NCBI GenBank assembly: GCA_963691875.1
Contig: OY829846.1
Location: forward strand, 1,536,001-1,600,000
Direction of reading: 5' to 3'
Length of the DNA: 64,000 nt
From: Aureliella sp.
GTDB taxonomy: Bacteria; Planctomycetota; Planctomycetia; Pirellulales; Pirellulaceae
A program made the translations under genes and the position numbers. A model generated the notes under the pieces. It worked only from the letters and a program-made list of their open reading frames with translations, had not been told where the DNA came from and ran no database searches. Of the stretch, positions 61,684 to 64,000 are shown piece by piece. How positions within the stretch are numbered: position 1 is the stretch's first letter; each line of letters begins with the position of its first letter.

Positions 61684-62162
61684 CGTTCTCTGGCGATCCC
61701 TGGAGCGCAGGAATTAGAAGCAGCCTCTAGCTCGGACCAACCCATTGAGTCCCAAAAACTGCTACACTCCAACCCAATCTCTAAACGTGGCGAGTTGTTT
61801 TGAAGTTGGGTACTCTCGCAGTTCTTAAACAAGCGAACGCGCCGAAGTCGGAACATCGGCCGCAAATTTTGATCCCCAGACTCTTCTGGTTCTGCGAAAC
61901 AAAAGTTGCGTTTGTGCTGTTGCTGTACTGGTCGCGTCCTTGTTCGGGCCTACCAGACGATTCGTTTCCGAAAAGTGCAACTTCATAATGCCGTTCCGAG
62001 CTTGGAAACTGGATTCGGCCTCGACAGATCATCGCTGCCTTAAATCTGGTTCAATCCATGCTGGGGCGATCGCTCTGAACGATCTGCTATGCTATCCGCT
62101 TCATTGTGGCGTTCGTGCCCTATGAATTTGGACTCTAGCTTTCACTCGCAATATTCGGACAG

Positions 62163-64000
62163 ATGGCCAAGAAGACTGCAAAAAAGAGCGTGCTTGCTTA
62201 CGACCTAGAACGTATCATCGCTCAGCTGGATACGCTCTACGAGCGTGGCGAAGAGTGCGTACATCCAGATACGGGCATCGTTGTTACAGATGGTGAATAC
62301 GATGCATTGCGTCGCGAGTTGGCCGAGCTGAAACCTGATTCCGAAGTATTTGCCTCAGCCACCGCATCGTTGGCACAAAGCACCGTCCAAAAGGTGGTGC
62401 ACGATCCTCCCATGACTTCCATCGAGAAGGCAAGTCACGAGGATGTGGCAACGCAAGAAGAGATGCTCTTCAAATGGATTGCCAACTGCACGGAAGCGAC
62501 GGAAGAGGAATACAACTGCCATATCGAGGGCAAGTCCTACAAGGAAGAGCCGGTTTCGTACCCGGAAAACTACTTCTATCAAGCGTACAAGCTCGACGGC
62601 GTCGCTCTAGCTATCTACTACGAAGAGGGCAAACTCGCTCGAGCTGGATTGCGGCCGCGCGACGGAATCCACGGAGAAGATGTTACTGCACAAGTAAAGT
62701 ACGTCAGCGGCGTACCTAAAACGCTCAAACAAAAGAAGACTTGTTCCATCCGCGGCGAACTGATCTGCACGCTTTCCGATTTTGGTAAAGTGCAGGAAGA
62801 GCTAGCTGCTGCTGGCGAGAAACTGAGAGCCAACCCGCGCAATCATGCTGCTGGTGGTATCCGGCAATTCAAGGATCCGACCAAAACGAATATGATGCGT
62901 CTGAGCTTCATCGCCTACGCCCTCGAAGGGCTTGCAAAACCGCCCTTCAGAACGGAGCTCGAACGAGCTGCCTATTGCCGCGATAAACTCGGCGTGCCAT
63001 ATATAGAAACTCAATACTTTGACTTCGCGGATCTTGCCAGAATGGAGGATGGCGTTCCCAACTTAGATTTTGAAGTCGACGGCGTGATCATCGGCGTTAA
63101 TAGCATTGAGGATCAAGAGCAACTCGGACGCCATGGCGACCCCCGTACGGGAAACCCCAAAGGTAAAATTGCTTGGAAATTTCGGGAGGAAGAAGCACAT
63201 CCAGTTATCCGCGAGATCGAATGGCAAACTGGTCGAACCGGCAAGATTGTGGCCGTTGCCATTTTTGATCCGGTGCAACTCGCTGGAACGAATGTCTCTC
63301 GCGCCACATTGCACAACGCTGGCTTCATGCAACGCAAGCAGATCGCGCTCGGAACCCAGATCGCCGTGCGCAAGGCAGGCAAGATCATTCCCAAAGTCAC
63401 CGATGTCGTTGGTGACTCGGCGGAGCCTGAGTTTCCCAGCACTTGTCCGTCCTGCGGTCAGGACACCGAGCTCGTGGCCGGTGCTGGCGAAATGCTAGAG
63501 CTCGTCTGCAACAACGGAGACTGCCCCGCGCAGAACGTCAGCGGCCTTTGCCACTACTTGGAGACGTTTGGCATTCTCGGACTTGGCGAAAGTCGCGTAA
63601 GCAGTCTCGTCGAAGGCGGGAAGGTCAAAATTGCGGCAGATTTCTATCGCCTAACCAAAGAAGATTGCATGGCCTGCGGGCTGTCGGATCGCCAATCCAC
63701 TTTGGCTTTGGCTGCAGTTCAAATGGTTCCTGCCCCAGACAAACTGGCGGGAGCAGCACTCGACAAAGCCATCGCTGATGCCGCCGAGTCGAAGAAGAAG
63801 ATTCCACTGTGGCAACTCTTCGCAACTTTTGGAATCGATTCAGCGGGCAAGTCTGCGGGCAAGGCACTGGAGAGACACTTCGGCACGCTCGAGAAAATCC
63901 GAGCGGCCAGCGTGGAGCAATTGGAGGAAGTGGATGATATCGGCACAAAAACGGCCGAGGCTATTTCAGAGTATTTGGAAGAACACGCTGAAGAGATTGA
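62163..64000 (+). CDS. ligA: NAD-dependent DNA ligase, divergent (3' end runs off the window)
   Basis: Absent from the ORF track because it has no stop in the window. Manual translation gives DGEYDAL, H.PPMTSI, YKLDG, GEDVT, IRGE, ANPRN.AAG, EVDGVII, IAWKF, GRTG, ATLHN, AGKIIP, CPSC..CNNGDC and HhH repeats. Confidence 0.93.
   Translation, partial: MAKKTAKKSVLAYDLERIIAQLDTLYERGEECVHPDTGIVVTDGEYDALRRELAELKPDSEVFASATASLAQSTVQKVVHDPPMTSIEKASHEDVATQEEMLFKWIANCTEATEEEYNCHIEGKSYKEEPVSYPENYFYQAYKLDGVALAIYYEEGKLARAGLRPRDGIHGEDVTAQVKYVSGVPKTLKQKKTCSIRGELICTLSDFGKVQEELAAAGEKLRANPRNHAAGGIRQFKDPTKTNMMRLSFIAYALEGLAKPPFRTELERAAYCRDKLGVPYIETQYFDFADLARMEDGVPNLDFEVDGVIIGVNSIEDQEQLGRHGDPRTGNPKGKIAWKFREEEAHPVIREIEWQTGRTGKIVAVAIFDPVQLAGTNVSRATLHNAGFMQRKQIALGTQIAVRKAGKIIPKVTDVVGDSAEPEFPSTCPSCGQDTELVAGAGEMLELVCNNGDCPAQNVSGLCHYLETFGILGLGESRVSSLVEGGKVKIAADFYRLTKEDCMACGLSDRQSTLALAAVQMVPAPDKLAGAALDKAIADAAESKKKIPLWQLFATFGIDSAGKSAGKALERHFGTLEKIRAASVEQLEEVDDIGTKTAEAISEYLEEHAEEI

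Noticed and set aside
61633..62162. Integrative element at tRNA-Asp
   Set aside because: No integrase or att duplication within the window; only short ORFs with no recognisable family.

Overview
A 64 kb chromosomal window that looks like a Planctomycetota (Pirellulaceae-like) bacterium, inferred from four Cys-type sulfatases, a DUF1559 prepilin-like gene with its lipoprotein partner, and a DUF1080 gene. Housekeeping genes: class II ribonucleotide reductase nrdJ with tandem NrdR boxes, trpD, dcd, msrAB, argE plus a short ArgA-like GNAT, glgC, a murB-like gene, an ftsQ-like gene, tRNA-Asp(GTC) and a divergent NAD-dependent DNA ligase that runs off the right edge. I saw no CRISPR array, rRNA, integrase or transposase. 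Most unusual points: (1) a second pair of NrdR-like boxes, also 31 bp apart, upstream of a C26 glutamine-amidotransferase homolog whose nucleophilic Cys is replaced by Gly; (2) a sodium:solute symporter with an inserted two-EF-hand module; (3) a MurB homolog apparently missing two catalytic residues, next to an FtsQ-like gene; (4) a Tex paralog with large acidic insertions and an R/G-rich tail; (5) a candidate structured sRNA near 31.9 kb; (6) several decayed or frameshifted genes. All family calls come from reading motifs by eye; no database searches were run.
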